Source: a virus (Duplodnaviria > Caudoviricetes). From it: 61,157 bases of DNA. The stretch covers positions 1 to 61,157 of IMG/VR virus record IMGVR_UViG_3300037467_000294. One strand, given 5' to 3'. Position numbers and translations under genes: made by a program. Numbering within the stretch: position 1 is the stretch's first letter; each line of letters starts with the position of its first letter. Below, piece by piece: positions 1 through 9,517 of the stretch. The notes under the pieces are model-generated. The model had not been told where the DNA came from. It made no database searches and was given only the letters and a program-made list of their open reading frames with translations.

Positions 1-299
1 GAATTGATGAAGTCAGCTAACACCTTGATAGACAGACTCTCCCCCGGATTGCATACACGGTCCTGACGAGCGTACGGTACGTACGGCATGAATAATTTCA
101 GCTTGACGCCGGGAAGATCACGGCGGATGGCGTCCGCCAGCAGTGCCAGATCGAACAGGTCGGAGTTCGACTCAAATGCGAGGTTCAGTGTGACATCATC
201 TTCAAGCCACACCGGGGGCTTCACACGAATGCAGCTTTCGCCAGCGGGGAACGTGGTCTTGGTAAGGGCGCTATCGTAGCCAACGATACTTACGCTCAT
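1..299 (-). CDS. Ribose-phosphate pyrophosphokinase-like protein (Prs/Adps family), partial, runs off the left end
   Basis: Manual translation MSVSIVGYDSALTKTTFPAGESCIRV...LFMPYVPYARQDRVCNPGESLSIKVLADFIN; FPAGE and PYxPYARQDR are Prs signatures; absent from the ORF track. Confidence 0.9.
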   Translation of the reverse strand, partial: MSVSIVGYDSALTKTTFPAGESCIRVKPPVWLEDDVTLNLAFESNSDLFDLALLADAIRRDLPGVKLKLFMPYVPYARQDRVCNPGESLSIKVLADFIN

Positions 300-300
300 C

Positions 301-507
301 TTACACTCCAACGCGCAGCGAGCGGATGAAGGTCAGGCCGGGGATGACAGCGTAACCATCGAAAGCGTTGCGCACGCCTTTGACATCGGCCGTTGCACCA
401 GCACGGAGGCCGGAACGGTAGACGCCATCACGACCTTTCTTGTAGTTCGGGTTCAGGCACCAGCCCGGAATGAATTTACCTTCACGTTGATTGCGGCTCT
501 TGCTCAT
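301..507 (-). CDS. Hypothetical basic protein (68 aa)
   Basis: MSKSRNQREGK start with AAGGAG RBS; abuts the Prs-like gene. Confidence 0.6.
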   Translation of the reverse strand: MSKSRNQREGKFIPGWCLNPNYKKGRDGVYRSGLRAGATADVKGVRNAFDGYAVIPGLTFIRSLRVGV

Positions 508-664
508 TATCTTCTCCTTGTTCATAGCCCGAATACGGGCAGTAGGTTGGTCCGGGGCAGGTTCCCGGTAATGAAGCTCCAGTTCCACACTGACAGCCTC
601 GATTGTAACGCTCACTACGTACCTGCAATCTTAACTCGTAGATGTCGTCGTTGAATGTGTCCAT
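482..664 (-). CDS. Hypothetical Cys-rich protein
   Basis: 60-aa ORF packed in the minus-strand operon. Confidence 0.5.
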   Translation of the reverse strand: MDTFNDDIYELRLQVRSERYNRGCQCGTGASLPGTCPGPTYCPYSGYEQGEDNEQEPQST

Positions 665-667
665 TAT

Positions 668-1159
668 CTACAGGTTCTTTCGTGCCGTCAAGCTATTTGG
701 AAAAATAATTTCGCACTTGTCTTGCAGCCTGTCGAGCGCATCGGCGTCGATACGCAGCGGGAACAAGTACGCAGGCTTCTCCAGAGCGATCATACGGTGC
801 AGCATATCAAGTGAGCCAGTGCTACGACCGTTCCACACAATCAGAGCTGCGTCTGCGATCTGTGCCATCTCTTCGTTACGCCAGTGCCCCGCCAGAGCGT
901 TGTAAGGCTTGCCAGCACGGTTATAGCGGATGACAGCGCCCTTCGCTTTGATGTTGTCCCAGTCCGCAGCCTTCTTGATCGGCTCTTTCAGTCCGGCCTT
1001 CTCCGAAAAAATGAGGCCGTGCTTGTCCGGTCCTTCAGCAAGGCCCGACACAACGACGATACTCTTGCCATACTTCTTCCACAGACCGGATTCGATGATG
1101 GCCTGACGGGTGACGTTATAGTCCCGGATGCTCCGGGAGCCTGCGATTACAAGCTTCAT
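668..1159 (-). CDS. SLOG-family (DUF2493/YspA-like) nucleotide-binding protein
   Basis: MKLVIAGSR, VVSGLAEGPD, ADW, AGHWRNEEMA and WNGRSTGS motifs. Confidence 0.8.
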   Translation of the reverse strand: MKLVIAGSRSIRDYNVTRQAIIESGLWKKYGKSIVVVSGLAEGPDKHGLIFSEKAGLKEPIKKAADWDNIKAKGAVIRYNRAGKPYNALAGHWRNEEMAQIADAALIVWNGRSTGSLDMLHRMIALEKPAYLFPLRIDADALDRLQDKCEIIFPNSLTARKNL

Positions 1160-1273
1160 GTTGTTGCTCCTTCGGTTGTTGCATGATATAGAAAATATGG
1201 AATGTCAGTCCTTCGCTCGACAGTCCTTCGATGGTTACAGCGACGTGTACGCCATCCGTTTGTGTCGTAACGT

Positions 1274-1561
1274 TCACGTCATATCTCTTACCCACGCATG
1301 GGGTGTATCGTCAATCATAACGTCGATGCGGATACCTTGCCCGTACATGAAGCGTTCCTTATTCTTCCTGTCCGTGGCGTAGATACCCTCGCATTCAACC
1401 TTCCAGTATTGCATAGCCATGTGCACTTCCTTAGCTTCTCCTTCGTTTCGCCACGTGACGATGTAGACCTTGTGCCCTCGTTCTGTGAAGCGTTTGACGA
1501 ACTCGGCCCAACCGATGGGATCACGCGTGAACGTATCGTCGTAGTCAAGCCCGATGTTCAT
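1274..1561 (-). CDS. Small HAD-superfamily phosphatase
   Basis: N-terminal LDYDDT (DxDxT), IVTWR, and C-terminal MIDD. Confidence 0.75.
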   Translation of the reverse strand: MNIGLDYDDTFTRDPIGWAEFVKRFTERGHKVYIVTWRNEGEAKEVHMAMQYWKVECEGIYATDRKNKERFMYGQGIRIDVMIDDTPHAWVRDMT

Positions 1562-1752
1562 GGCTCGATTCCTTGAATTGGGAAGCCCAATTCACGTTTT
1601 GCACGTTGCTCCGGCGTCTCGTTGAAACGGAAGTATGGGTGCAGGGTGAACTCGTACGGCTCCGTGTTACGCCCTTTCAGGACGCGTACGCCGGTACTGT
1701 TGCTACCTTGCGGGGTCAGGTAACTTTCGAGGTCGATAATCATGCTGGTCAT
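1558..1752 (-). CDS. Hypothetical protein
   Basis: Likely start MTSMII with GGAG RBS. Confidence 0.55.
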   Translation of the reverse strand: MTSMIIDLESYLTPQGSNSTGVRVLKGRNTEPYEFTLHPYFRFNETPEQRAKRELGFPIQGIEP

Positions 1753-1818
1753 TTCTATCTCCGATAAAAGAAAAGGCCAGTGTAGCCGAAGCCACACCAG
1801 CCTGTCAAGTAGTGCTTC

Positions 1819-2046
1819 TTACGAAGCGTTGTTCAGGTGCGACTCCAGACCCTTGAAACCACCGGGGATCAGAACGTCGTCCTTGTAAATCTGCGGCATG
1901 GACCTGTGCCCTTCCTTCTGGATGAAGCGAGCAGCGGTCATGTCCTCGTCAATCTTGATGACGATGTGCTCAAGACCTTTGGCCTTCAGCTTGTTGACGG
2001 CAGCAGTGCACGAAGCACAACCTTCCATACTGTACACGACGTACAT
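1819..2046 (-). CDS. Glutaredoxin (NrdH-like)
   Basis: MYVVYSMEGCASC (CxxC), RSMPQIY and GGF; downstream of the nrd genes. Confidence 0.9.
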   Translation of the reverse strand: MYVVYSMEGCASCTAAVNKLKAKGLEHIVIKIDEDMTAARFIQKEGHRSMPQIYKDDVLIPGGFKGLESHLNNAS

Positions 2047-2057
2047 AGTATTACTCC

Positions 2058-2474
2058 TTAGCTTACGATGATGGCACGTTCTTCGAACACGCCGAGATTG
2101 ATGACAGCGCCGTCCGCTTTTGCACGGCACAGGGCGACAGGCCCATTGATTGCCTGCACTTCGAACAGGGCCAGATGACGGCTCTGTGCACCAGCGAACG
2201 CGTATGCGATGGTATCGCCCTTGCTTATGGTGTTGCCTTGGATGTCGGTCAACGTCGGCGGAGGGTTGACCTTGCCAACGATTTCGTACTTAGACGGCTT
2301 CCAGAACGCACGGGGCCTGCCCGATTTGTCGGTGAACTCTGCGTAGTTGCCCGCCATCCAGTCAGAGTAGCCGTGGCCCGTCACTTCGAACAGATCACCT
2401 TTCGTAAGGTCGCCCGTTGTTTCTCCGACGTAGCGGATGATGTCGCCGGTTACGGCCAATACAGTATTCGTCAT
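2058..2474 (-). CDS. Hypothetical protein
   Basis: 138-aa ORF with CCAACCAAAGGAG leader and an upstream promoter. Confidence 0.75.
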   Translation of the reverse strand: MTNTVLAVTGDIIRYVGETTGDLTKGDLFEVTGHGYSDWMAGNYAEFTDKSGRPRAFWKPSKYEIVGKVNPPPTLTDIQGNTISKGDTIAYAFAGAQSRHLALFEVQAINGPVALCRAKADGAVINLGVFEERAIIVS

Positions 2475-2506
2475 TTGGTTCTCCTTTGGTTGGTAAGAAG
2501 GGCTAC

Positions 2507-2535
2507 ATCGTAATGTAGCCCTTCGTTTCTGTCAA
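2507..2535 (-). promoter_or_regulatory. Sigma70-type promoter overlapping a hairpin
   Basis: TTGACA-17 bp-TACGAT. Confidence 0.65.
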
Positions 2536-2539
2536 GCAG

Positions 2540-4285
2540 TTATTGGCAGGCGATACACTCCGACTTCGAGGAGACAATCGCACGGCTTGAGTAGATGTAG
2601 TACAAGCTGTGGATCAATTCGTTTTCGAACGCTTCCTTGTGCAGCAGAGCGATTTCACGCTCCGTTGTACCCTTTGCGATGTACACGTTGATGCTCTGGC
2701 CTTGGTCGATGTGCTTCTGTGCAGCAGCAGCCAAGCGCAGCACGATACGCTGATCGTACTCGAATGCCGTACGGAACACAAGCTTCTCGAAATCATCCAG
2801 CCAGTCCACGTGCTGTACGGAACCGTAGCCCTGTACCACGTCAGCAATGCACTTCTCCACGTCCAGTCCCTTACGTTTGATAAGGGCAAGCAGTGGCGGA
2901 TTCACACGGTCCACTTCACCGGCAGAGGTTTTCTGCGTGAACGACATCGCCGTATCGAGGCCACGACCCTCCGAGATGCCGCCCATGATAAGGGCAGTGC
3001 TCTTGGTAGGAGCCACAGCAATACGGTGCGTGAAGCGAAGACCGTAGCCTTTGCACCACTCCGGTTCACCCAGTTCAACAGCCAACCACTTCGACGCTTC
3101 CAGCGATTTGTCGTCCAAATGCTTGAAGAACTCTGCGTTGAAAATGTACGCATCCACAGAGTCAGCAGGCATCATGTGCTCTTGCATGTACGTGTGCAGG
3201 CCACCGCAACCCAGACCGATAGCACGACCCGCTTTGGTAGCGTTGACAGCCTTCTCCAGTCCCGGAATCCCTTCAGCTTGCTCGATGAACTCCGAAATGA
3301 CGCAATCGAGGAACACGGTAGCAACAAACACAGCATCCGTATCCTTCCACTCGTCGTACTTCGAAGCGTTCATCCACGCCAGAACGCACGTGTACGTGTA
3401 CTTCGTTGCATCGCTGTGCAGGAAGATTTCGGTGCAGAGCTGTGAAGCCTCGACCATCAGGCCGAGGTCTTTGTACATCTGCGGACGGTTCCGGTTCACC
3501 TTGTCGATGAAGAAGAAGTAGCCCTTACCCGTTACCATCTTGACACGCATCATACGCTTGAATCGACGGTGCGCTTCCTTGTCGCCCTTGTTCAACTTGG
3601 CAACAAATTCGTCCGTGATGATCCAGCCCATGTTGAAATCGTCATCATGCTTTTCGAGGTACGCGATCACTTCCCAGAAGTCACCATGCATCACGTTCAG
3701 ATAAGCGGCCCATGCGCCACGACGAGCGGTTCCTTGGGTCACGTTACGCATGATTTCGATGTGCTCTTTGATGACAGGCATCACTCCGTTGGCCTTACCG
3801 CCACGGCTGATCTTCGAACCACGTGCACGGATACCTGATAGGTCCGTAGCAGTACCGAAGCCCTCTTGGCTCAGGATCGCGATTTCCAGCTCGTTGCTGT
3901 AGAAGCCGTAGATCGAGTCAGCAGCTTTCGTACCAGCGCAGGACACGGTGCAGCCACGACGAGTACCCATGTTGGCGAGAACCGGCGTAGAGCATGCCAG
4001 CCAGCCTTTCCACAGGATTTCGAAGAACTTGTCGGTCCAGTACGTGCTGAACGTCTCGGTCGGCATCAGGATGCGTCCCATCTCCCGGTCCAGCGGTGCC
4101 AGCTTCTCCGGTGCGTGTTTTGCAGCGGTAGCAGCGATACGGAGGTACTGTTGACGCGGGCTCTCCGCTTCGTACAGGTACTTGTCCATGAACATCTGGT
4201 AGCCAGCGGTTGGCATCCACACTGGGACCGTACCGTCTAGTTGGCCCTGCTTACGCGCCTCACTGTAGCGCTCATACTTCGACAT
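2540..4285 (-). CDS. nrdA: Ribonucleotide reductase class I alpha subunit (no ATP cone)
   Basis: STPVLAN, TVSC, GTARRGAWA, SQLCTEI, APTKST, DQGQS, SLYY and C-terminal CIAC. Confidence 0.95.
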   Translation of the reverse strand: MSKYERYSEARKQGQLDGTVPVWMPTAGYQMFMDKYLYEAESPRQQYLRIAATAAKHAPEKLAPLDREMGRILMPTETFSTYWTDKFFEILWKGWLACSTPVLANMGTRRGCTVSCAGTKAADSIYGFYSNELEIAILSQEGFGTATDLSGIRARGSKISRGGKANGVMPVIKEHIEIMRNVTQGTARRGAWAAYLNVMHGDFWEVIAYLEKHDDDFNMGWIITDEFVAKLNKGDKEAHRRFKRMMRVKMVTGKGYFFFIDKVNRNRPQMYKDLGLMVEASQLCTEIFLHSDATKYTYTCVLAWMNASKYDEWKDTDAVFVATVFLDCVISEFIEQAEGIPGLEKAVNATKAGRAIGLGCGGLHTYMQEHMMPADSVDAYIFNAEFFKHLDDKSLEASKWLAVELGEPEWCKGYGLRFTHRIAVAPTKSTALIMGGISEGRGLDTAMSFTQKTSAGEVDRVNPPLLALIKRKGLDVEKCIADVVQGYGSVQHVDWLDDFEKLVFRTAFEYDQRIVLRLAAAAQKHIDQGQSINVYIAKGTTEREIALLHKEAFENELIHSLYYIYSSRAIVSSKSECIACQ

Positions 4286-5312
4286 CAGTAACTCCTTCCT
4301 CAACAGGCCAAATGAACTCTTCCTCGTTCCATGTGTTCGTGTACTCGCGTCCCTTGCCGACGAAGAAATCGTTCAGTTGGAACTTCTGCACGCCACCGTA
4401 GAACCATTCGGCAATCGGGTTATGTTTAGTTTCACGTTTACCGAAGATAGGCGGGAAGCCCAGATCGGTAACGCAGATGTTGATACGGCTCTTTACGAAC
4501 GTCTTGGCGTCAGCCACGGTCCAGCCAGTACCTACATCACCTTTCTCGCCCAGCATTTCAGCAATGCGAGCCTCGTGTTCGTACAGCTTCAGTGCAGCCT
4601 TCTTGATGGCACGCTGGAGCTTCTTGTACAGCTTCTTGTACTCTTCCGGCGACAGGATGTCTTCCCATTCCTGCATCGCGGTACGGAACAGTGTGGCCCC
4701 GCCGATCTGGTGCAGACCTTCATCCACGACGGATTGGTCAATACCACGGACAACGTTGCCGATTAAGTTGTTGCCTTTGCTCTGGAAGCTCTTGAAGAAC
4801 GCGAACGAGCTGAACAAAATCGCACCTTCGAGGATCGAGAACACGGCGATAGATAGCAGATCATCCTTGTGGTCCACCATCTTGTTAAGGAACTCAACAC
4901 GGTCATTCAGGACCGGATCGTCCACGTACGAAGTGTAGAACTCGTCTGTATCAAGGCCCAACACTTCGTTCAGTTTGTTGTAAAACGGTGCGTGAACGTG
5001 GAGTTCCATCATACCGTTCACCGATGCCAGTCGCTCCACTTCAGGCCGGGGGAAAGCCTTGATGACGCGATTGAGCCAGTATTCTTTACCAGCGAACATC
5101 TCGTAACGGGTGAACAGCTTCAGCCCGGTCGGAATGCCGTGTTGAGCGGACTCGTTCACGTTCACTAGCAAATCTTGTTTGTCTTTCTCCACTGCAATCT
5201 CGTTCGCGGTCCATCGGCAGTCTTCGAACTGGGTATCAGCCAGCTTGACGAATTGCGGATAGACCGTTACGTAACTTTCAGTGGGAGTCATAATTCTTGG
5301 TTTTTGCATCAT
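4272..5312 (-). CDS. nrdB: Ribonucleotide reductase class I beta subunit
   Basis: ELHVHAPFY, EGAILFSSF, DEGLH and C-terminal DFF...REY. Confidence 0.93.
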   Translation of the reverse strand: MMQKPRIMTPTESYVTVYPQFVKLADTQFEDCRWTANEIAVEKDKQDLLVNVNESAQHGIPTGLKLFTRYEMFAGKEYWLNRVIKAFPRPEVERLASVNGMMELHVHAPFYNKLNEVLGLDTDEFYTSYVDDPVLNDRVEFLNKMVDHKDDLLSIAVFSILEGAILFSSFAFFKSFQSKGNNLIGNVVRGIDQSVVDEGLHQIGGATLFRTAMQEWEDILSPEEYKKLYKKLQRAIKKAALKLYEHEARIAEMLGEKGDVGTGWTVADAKTFVKSRINICVTDLGFPPIFGKRETKHNPIAEWFYGGVQKFQLNDFFVGKGREYTNTWNEEEFIWPVEEGVTDVEV

Positions 5313-5327
5313 ACTCCCTTCTATGTG

Positions 5328-5350
5328 AAAAGAGGGCCGAAGCCCTCTTG
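5328..5350 (-). terminator. Terminator-like hairpin
   Basis: AAGAGGGC-TTCG-GCCCTCTT followed by T on the minus strand. Confidence 0.55.
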
Positions 5351-5361
5351 GTTGGATCGAT

Positions 5362-5390
5362 ATTATAACACAGGTAGCGTTACTTATCAA
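5362..5390 (-). promoter_or_regulatory. Sigma70 promoter for nrdBA with GTAACGCTAC in the spacer
   Basis: TTGATA-17 bp-TATAAT. Confidence 0.75.
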
Positions 5391-5934
5391 CCTTGACGGA
5401 ACGCTTCCTGCGCTCCTTCTTCACCGGCTCGGCAGGCGGAGCATGGTATTCGAAGATGGTTTTCAGGCTACCATCCTCACGTCGCATGTTCGGCCGTACT
5501 TGGTCGATCAGGTTTTGTAACACTTCGATCTGTTCGATGATAGCAGCTTCGTCCGGATTGCTCAACTCTGCCGGGAACGCTTCTGCAACACCGCTGTACT
5601 CGCGGCTCGTAGACAGCGAACGCGACATCTCGTTGGCAAGGCTAATGTCCTTGTAGCCAGCAGCGATGATGCGATCTTCTGGCGTTGCGAACGAACTGGT
5701 AAGGAAGCTGGAATTGATATCCACTTCACCCACGATCATGTACGCGATGACAACTTCACCAGCTAGGTTGCGATGCTGACGTGCCATGTATTCAATCGGG
5801 TAGTCCAGATCGAATCCCAGCACTTTCAGGTAAGGAGCGATCAGAGCGTCATTCCGGGGATCGATGAAATCGATCATGCGCAAATGTGACAGCTCCGGGA
5901 TGCGCTTCAGGTCCGTGACGCTAATCGTTTTCAT
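5380..5934 (-). CDS. Hypothetical protein
   Basis: 184-aa ORF with AAGGAG RBS. Confidence 0.8.
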   Translation of the reverse strand: MKTISVTDLKRIPELSHLRMIDFIDPRNDALIAPYLKVLGFDLDYPIEYMARQHRNLAGEVVIAYMIVGEVDINSSFLTSSFATPEDRIIAAGYKDISLANEMSRSLSTSREYSGVAEAFPAELSNPDEAAIIEQIEVLQNLIDQVRPNMRREDGSLKTIFEYHAPPAEPVKKERRKRSVKVDK

Positions 5935-5943
5935 GTTATCTCC

Positions 5944-6360
5944 TTAGTAGCTCTTACCACCCGCTGCTTCGCGGGCTTCCTTCTTATGGTCCGGACGGAC
6001 GGCGTTGAACGCAAGCTTCTCTGCGATTGCTCCGCCGAGGTCGAGGTTCAGTGCACCAGCCAGATCACATGCACGAATGATGGCATCGGCCAGTTCGACT
6101 TCGATCATCGGACGGTGCGGTAGCTTGTCGTCCATCAAACCCTTACGATGGCCTTCCATCGCTTCGCTGATTTCACTGTGGGTCAGGCACAGTTTTTGTG
6201 CTACCACGGCACCACCCAGCAGCTCTTCCAGCGGCGATTGCGGGGCCAGAATGACACGCTTCAGGTCCAGACCGCTCTTGCTGTGGTTCCACCAGCCAGC
6301 GTTATAGGAAGCCTCGTGGCACTCGTAAACCAGCTCGTTGAAGTTTTCTGCGATAGACAT
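5944..6360 (-). CDS. MazG-like nucleotide pyrophosphohydrolase
   Basis: HSEISEAMEG...EVELADAIIR all-alpha NTP-PPase motif. Confidence 0.85.
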   Translation of the reverse strand: MSIAENFNELVYECHEASYNAGWWNHSKSGLDLKRVILAPQSPLEELLGGAVVAQKLCLTHSEISEAMEGHRKGLMDDKLPHRPMIEVELADAIIRACDLAGALNLDLGGAIAEKLAFNAVRPDHKKEAREAAGGKSY

Positions 6361-6370
6361 ATGTTTCTCC

Positions 6371-6649
6371 TTAGTTAAGTTGCAATTTCTGTTGAATCAG
6401 CCACGCCTTCAGCAATGGCAGTTGTTTGTACTGGTACGGCACACCGTAGTCGTAGTCCGTCCATCGTCCTTCCCCGTCCAGCAGGCTAAAAGCCGTGATG
6501 TTGAACACGCCCGACACGCCTTCAGGATAGTGGTCGTAGAACGCCTCGAAGAAGGGGGAACGCTGTAACATAAGCGTCCCGTCCGACAGAAGGATCAAGA
6601 CCAGTCCGGTGTTGCCGACAGGCACTTCCAGAAAGGTCAGCGTGGTCAT
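6371..6649 (-). CDS. Hypothetical protein
   Basis: ORF translationally coupled in the operon. Confidence 0.65.
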   Translation of the reverse strand: MTTLTFLEVPVGNTGLVLILLSDGTLMLQRSPFFEAFYDHYPEGVSGVFNITAFSLLDGEGRWTDYDYGVPYQYKQLPLLKAWLIQQKLQLN

Positions 6650-6879
6650 TTCAGCCAGCCCAGTTCGATTGCTTTATTCAGGGCTTTGACGAGGTTGCGG
6701 GCATGCTCTGCGGAATTCACGTACACATAGTCCCCGGAGCCGTCGTATAGCTTCACATCAGCCCCTTCCGTATGCGGTTCGATCCGGCTGGCCTGATAAC
6801 TCCCGTCAGGGGCTTTGCCGTCTGCGAACACCAGTTGATCGATCTTCTCTTCACCTTCGTTACGTACGTCGTAAATCAT
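6646..6879 (-). CDS. Hypothetical protein
   Basis: ORF with AACCAAGGAG leader. Confidence 0.75.
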   Translation of the reverse strand: MIYDVRNEGEEKIDQLVFADGKAPDGSYQASRIEPHTEGADVKLYDGSGDYVYVNSAEHARNLVKALNKAIELGWLK

Positions 6880-6910
6880 ATTGCTCTCCTTGGTTAGTTG
6901 GTAGTGCTAC

Positions 6911-7750
6911 TTACAGTTTCATTGCTTCCAGCACCGGCACGCCTTCAATAATCAGCCCGGTTCCGATGATCGGACGGTGCGGGTTGATCTTGTTGTATGC
7001 GAATGCCAGCTTCTTGTCATCGATCAGGCAACCAGCGTTCATGCCGAAGTACAGACCTTTCGGATTCGCCCAGTATTCGATACCGAACGATTCGTGGTAG
7101 TGTCCGCACACGTGGCTCATGCTCATAGCCTTACTCGTCATGATAGCACGTTTCGTCTTCCCGTGGTGAACATAAACGTCAGGGACGTTCCATTCGCTCA
7201 TATCCAACACCAGATCGTTGTGCCACTTCCACCCGTCGCCCACTTCGAGGATTTCGTTGTAGGTACGCATGTAGCGCTTCGAAAACCCGTGGGTCTTCGC
7301 CTTGCGCAAGTGCATCGATCCGTGGTTCGACTCCACCAAATCCATGACAGGGAACATCACTTCCAGTTGCTTGATATACGGAAGCGAACGTTCCAGTTCA
7401 TCGCCAGCACTCGGAAGGTCAGGGTCCGAATCGTGGTAACTCATCGCATGCTTGTCCAGCTCGTCTCCGAGGTTGACAACACGCGTTGGGTCGTACTTCT
7501 TCTTCAGCATCTCCAGAAATTCGAACATACCTTCGTGATGATACGGGATGTGTTGGTCCGAGATGAACAGGATACGGCTGTTGTCGTAGCCATCGTTACC
7601 TGCTGCGATCTTCTTCTGTGCATGGTAGCCACGGAGGAAGTCGCTGACAGTGCTCTTCGGCTTCTTCAACATCTCTGCGATTTCGCGCCAGCTCGACCCT
7701 GCCTCGTCCAGCTTCACAGCGAGGACAGTCCAGTCAATTGTGTTGCTCAT
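6911..7750 (-). CDS. Calcineurin-like metallophosphoesterase with N-terminal HTH
   Basis: SDQH, GDELD, SNHG, HHG and GHYH; N-terminal SWREIAEMLKKPKSTV HTH. Confidence 0.88.
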   Translation of the reverse strand: MSNTIDWTVLAVKLDEAGSSWREIAEMLKKPKSTVSDFLRGYHAQKKIAAGNDGYDNSRILFISDQHIPYHHEGMFEFLEMLKKKYDPTRVVNLGDELDKHAMSYHDSDPDLPSAGDELERSLPYIKQLEVMFPVMDLVESNHGSMHLRKAKTHGFSKRYMRTYNEILEVGDGWKWHNDLVLDMSEWNVPDVYVHHGKTKRAIMTSKAMSMSHVCGHYHESFGIEYWANPKGLYFGMNAGCLIDDKKLAFAYNKINPHRPIIGTGLIIEGVPVLEAMKL

Positions 7751-7751
7751 A

Positions 7752-7997
7752 TTACCCCTTGTAGTCGTAAGCTGCTTGCAACGCTTGGATTAGCTTTGGA
7801 ATGTCGTCTCGCGGCACTGAAAGCTGACCGTGCCCGCAATCTGGAGCTTCAGCGATTGCATCGTATTCCGCACCAGCAGCGCAGTTGTAGATCACTACAG
7901 TACTTTTTGTGTTATACAACCTCACCCACGTGGTGAAGCCGTTTTTAGACTCAAACGATGCCTCGCTGTGCATCTTAGGGCGTCTTTTGTAGAACAT
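7752..7997 (-). CDS. Hypothetical protein
   Basis: Start MFYKRR with AAGGAG RBS. Confidence 0.65.
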   Translation of the reverse strand: MFYKRRPKMHSEASFESKNGFTTWVRLYNTKSTVVIYNCAAGAEYDAIAEAPDCGHGQLSVPRDDIPKLIQALQAAYDYKG

Positions 7998-7998
7998 T

Positions 7999-8535
7999 TC
8001 ATTCTCCTTTAAGAATTTTGGTGACAAGCTCCTTACGCTTGGTAGCGTTACTTACAGAGGCTCCAGTATATCCATGCTGCATCAAAAACTCAAGGACATA
8101 TTTCACAGACTGTCTCGTTACTTCCAACACTTGCTTCGCGAACCGGGCCTCTTCGAACGTGATACCTTCACTCTGGGCGTACGTGTGAATCTTGTGGCAC
8201 GGCTTGCAAACAGCCCGGAGGTTGTCTACTTCGCAGTATAGCCGTCCAACGAACGGACCGATGTCCTCCACCGACAAGATCGATCCAGCATCGTGCGGGT
8301 AGTGGTCCACTTCCATCTCCTTTGCTACGTGCCACTCCTTACAGATGGAGCACTGGTATTCCCATTTCTGCTGCTTGCTCGGACCCTTGTAAGCCCGTCT
8401 TGCAGCCTTCAGGCAGTCGTTGCGAGGTTGCCACCGGAGCCACTTCGACCGAAGCGCAGAACGAATCCACGCAAGGTACTGAGCCTCCGTCATCGTCCCC
8501 GAACAGCGGGTCATGGGTTGCTTAGGCTTCGCCAT
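7999..8535 (-). CDS. HNH endonuclease
   Basis: CSIC...EVDH...NLRAVCKPCH. Confidence 0.85.
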   Translation of the reverse strand: MAKPKQPMTRCSGTMTEAQYLAWIRSALRSKWLRWQPRNDCLKAARRAYKGPSKQQKWEYQCSICKEWHVAKEMEVDHYPHDAGSILSVEDIGPFVGRLYCEVDNLRAVCKPCHKIHTYAQSEGITFEEARFAKQVLEVTRQSVKYVLEFLMQHGYTGASVSNATKRKELVTKILKGE

Positions 8536-9517
8536 ATTCGATCCCCGCCTTCTTCAGCACCTTCCGGACATCGAATCGATCCCCCTCCCAGCGCCGCATG
8601 AACGCACAGTCAGCATAAAGCTGCCAGATGTCCAGCCACGATTTGTTCTCCTGTAGCGAATCGTCCCACGCACGGTACGTAATCGGTTTCGGATACCAAA
8701 TCTGATACTGCTTGGCAACGGCTTCCAAAGCCTCCTTATCGGTCTTACAGCCCTTCAGCACGTTGTACGCACCGATATCCCCGAACTTCACTTTCGCAAG
8801 CTCACAGGGCTTGTACGCGTCCACAGGATCGCCAAACAGCATTTGGAAGTACAACCACACACGTCCTTTACCTTTGATGTCTTTCTGCATCATTGGCGTA
8901 CCGTCTGCCTTCTTCTTCGCTGTCTCCTTCTCGATCAGGATCAGTTCTCCGAATCCGCTGATGTATTCCGGTTCCGTCATGTTGTCCCAGTTGTACAGGT
9001 ATCCCGGCCCGTGGTTGGCATCCTTATCAATCGACGCTTGCGTGTGTCCAGCGGTCATGTAAGCAACGAGCACATCGTCCGCTTCCACGCCATCGCTGAT
9101 TTCAGCGGCATGCGAGTTGATGAGGTAGTTCTTGCAGTCTTGAAGCTGCAACGGTTTCGTGCTCTCCTTACGGGAGTCCTTGTAGCGCGTCGGCAACGGA
9201 AGGTCGAGGCGGAAGTTGTTGTCTCCGCTAACGACGATGTGATAGCTCTCTGCCTTGCACGCTTTCACGATGTTGTCGATCATATGGTTCAGGATGTGGA
9301 AGGCGTTCTGCAACGGCCCTGCCTTCTGCCCCGGCGTCACATCGTACGCCCCCGCCTCGTCTCCTGCCCATTCTCGGAACTTGGTCAGCGTATCGAACTC
9401 TACCTCGTCCGCTGTCTCTTTGTGGATGCATTTTACGAAGCGCTTCTCGTTTGCTGCTGATGCTCGGTACGAAAGGATGTCGCCATCAATACACACCAAC
9501 TTTGGCAGTTCTGTCAT
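8522..9517 (-). CDS. 5'-3' exonuclease (T7 gp6/FEN-like)
   Basis: IDGDIL, NFR..YK, EADD, IDKD and GDPVD motifs. Confidence 0.9.
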   Translation of the reverse strand: MTELPKLVCIDGDILSYRASAANEKRFVKCIHKETADEVEFDTLTKFREWAGDEAGAYDVTPGQKAGPLQNAFHILNHMIDNIVKACKAESYHIVVSGDNNFRLDLPLPTRYKDSRKESTKPLQLQDCKNYLINSHAAEISDGVEADDVLVAYMTAGHTQASIDKDANHGPGYLYNWDNMTEPEYISGFGELILIEKETAKKKADGTPMMQKDIKGKGRVWLYFQMLFGDPVDAYKPCELAKVKFGDIGAYNVLKGCKTDKEALEAVAKQYQIWYPKPITYRAWDDSLQENKSWLDIWQLYADCAFMRRWEGDRFDVRKVLKKAGIEYGEA

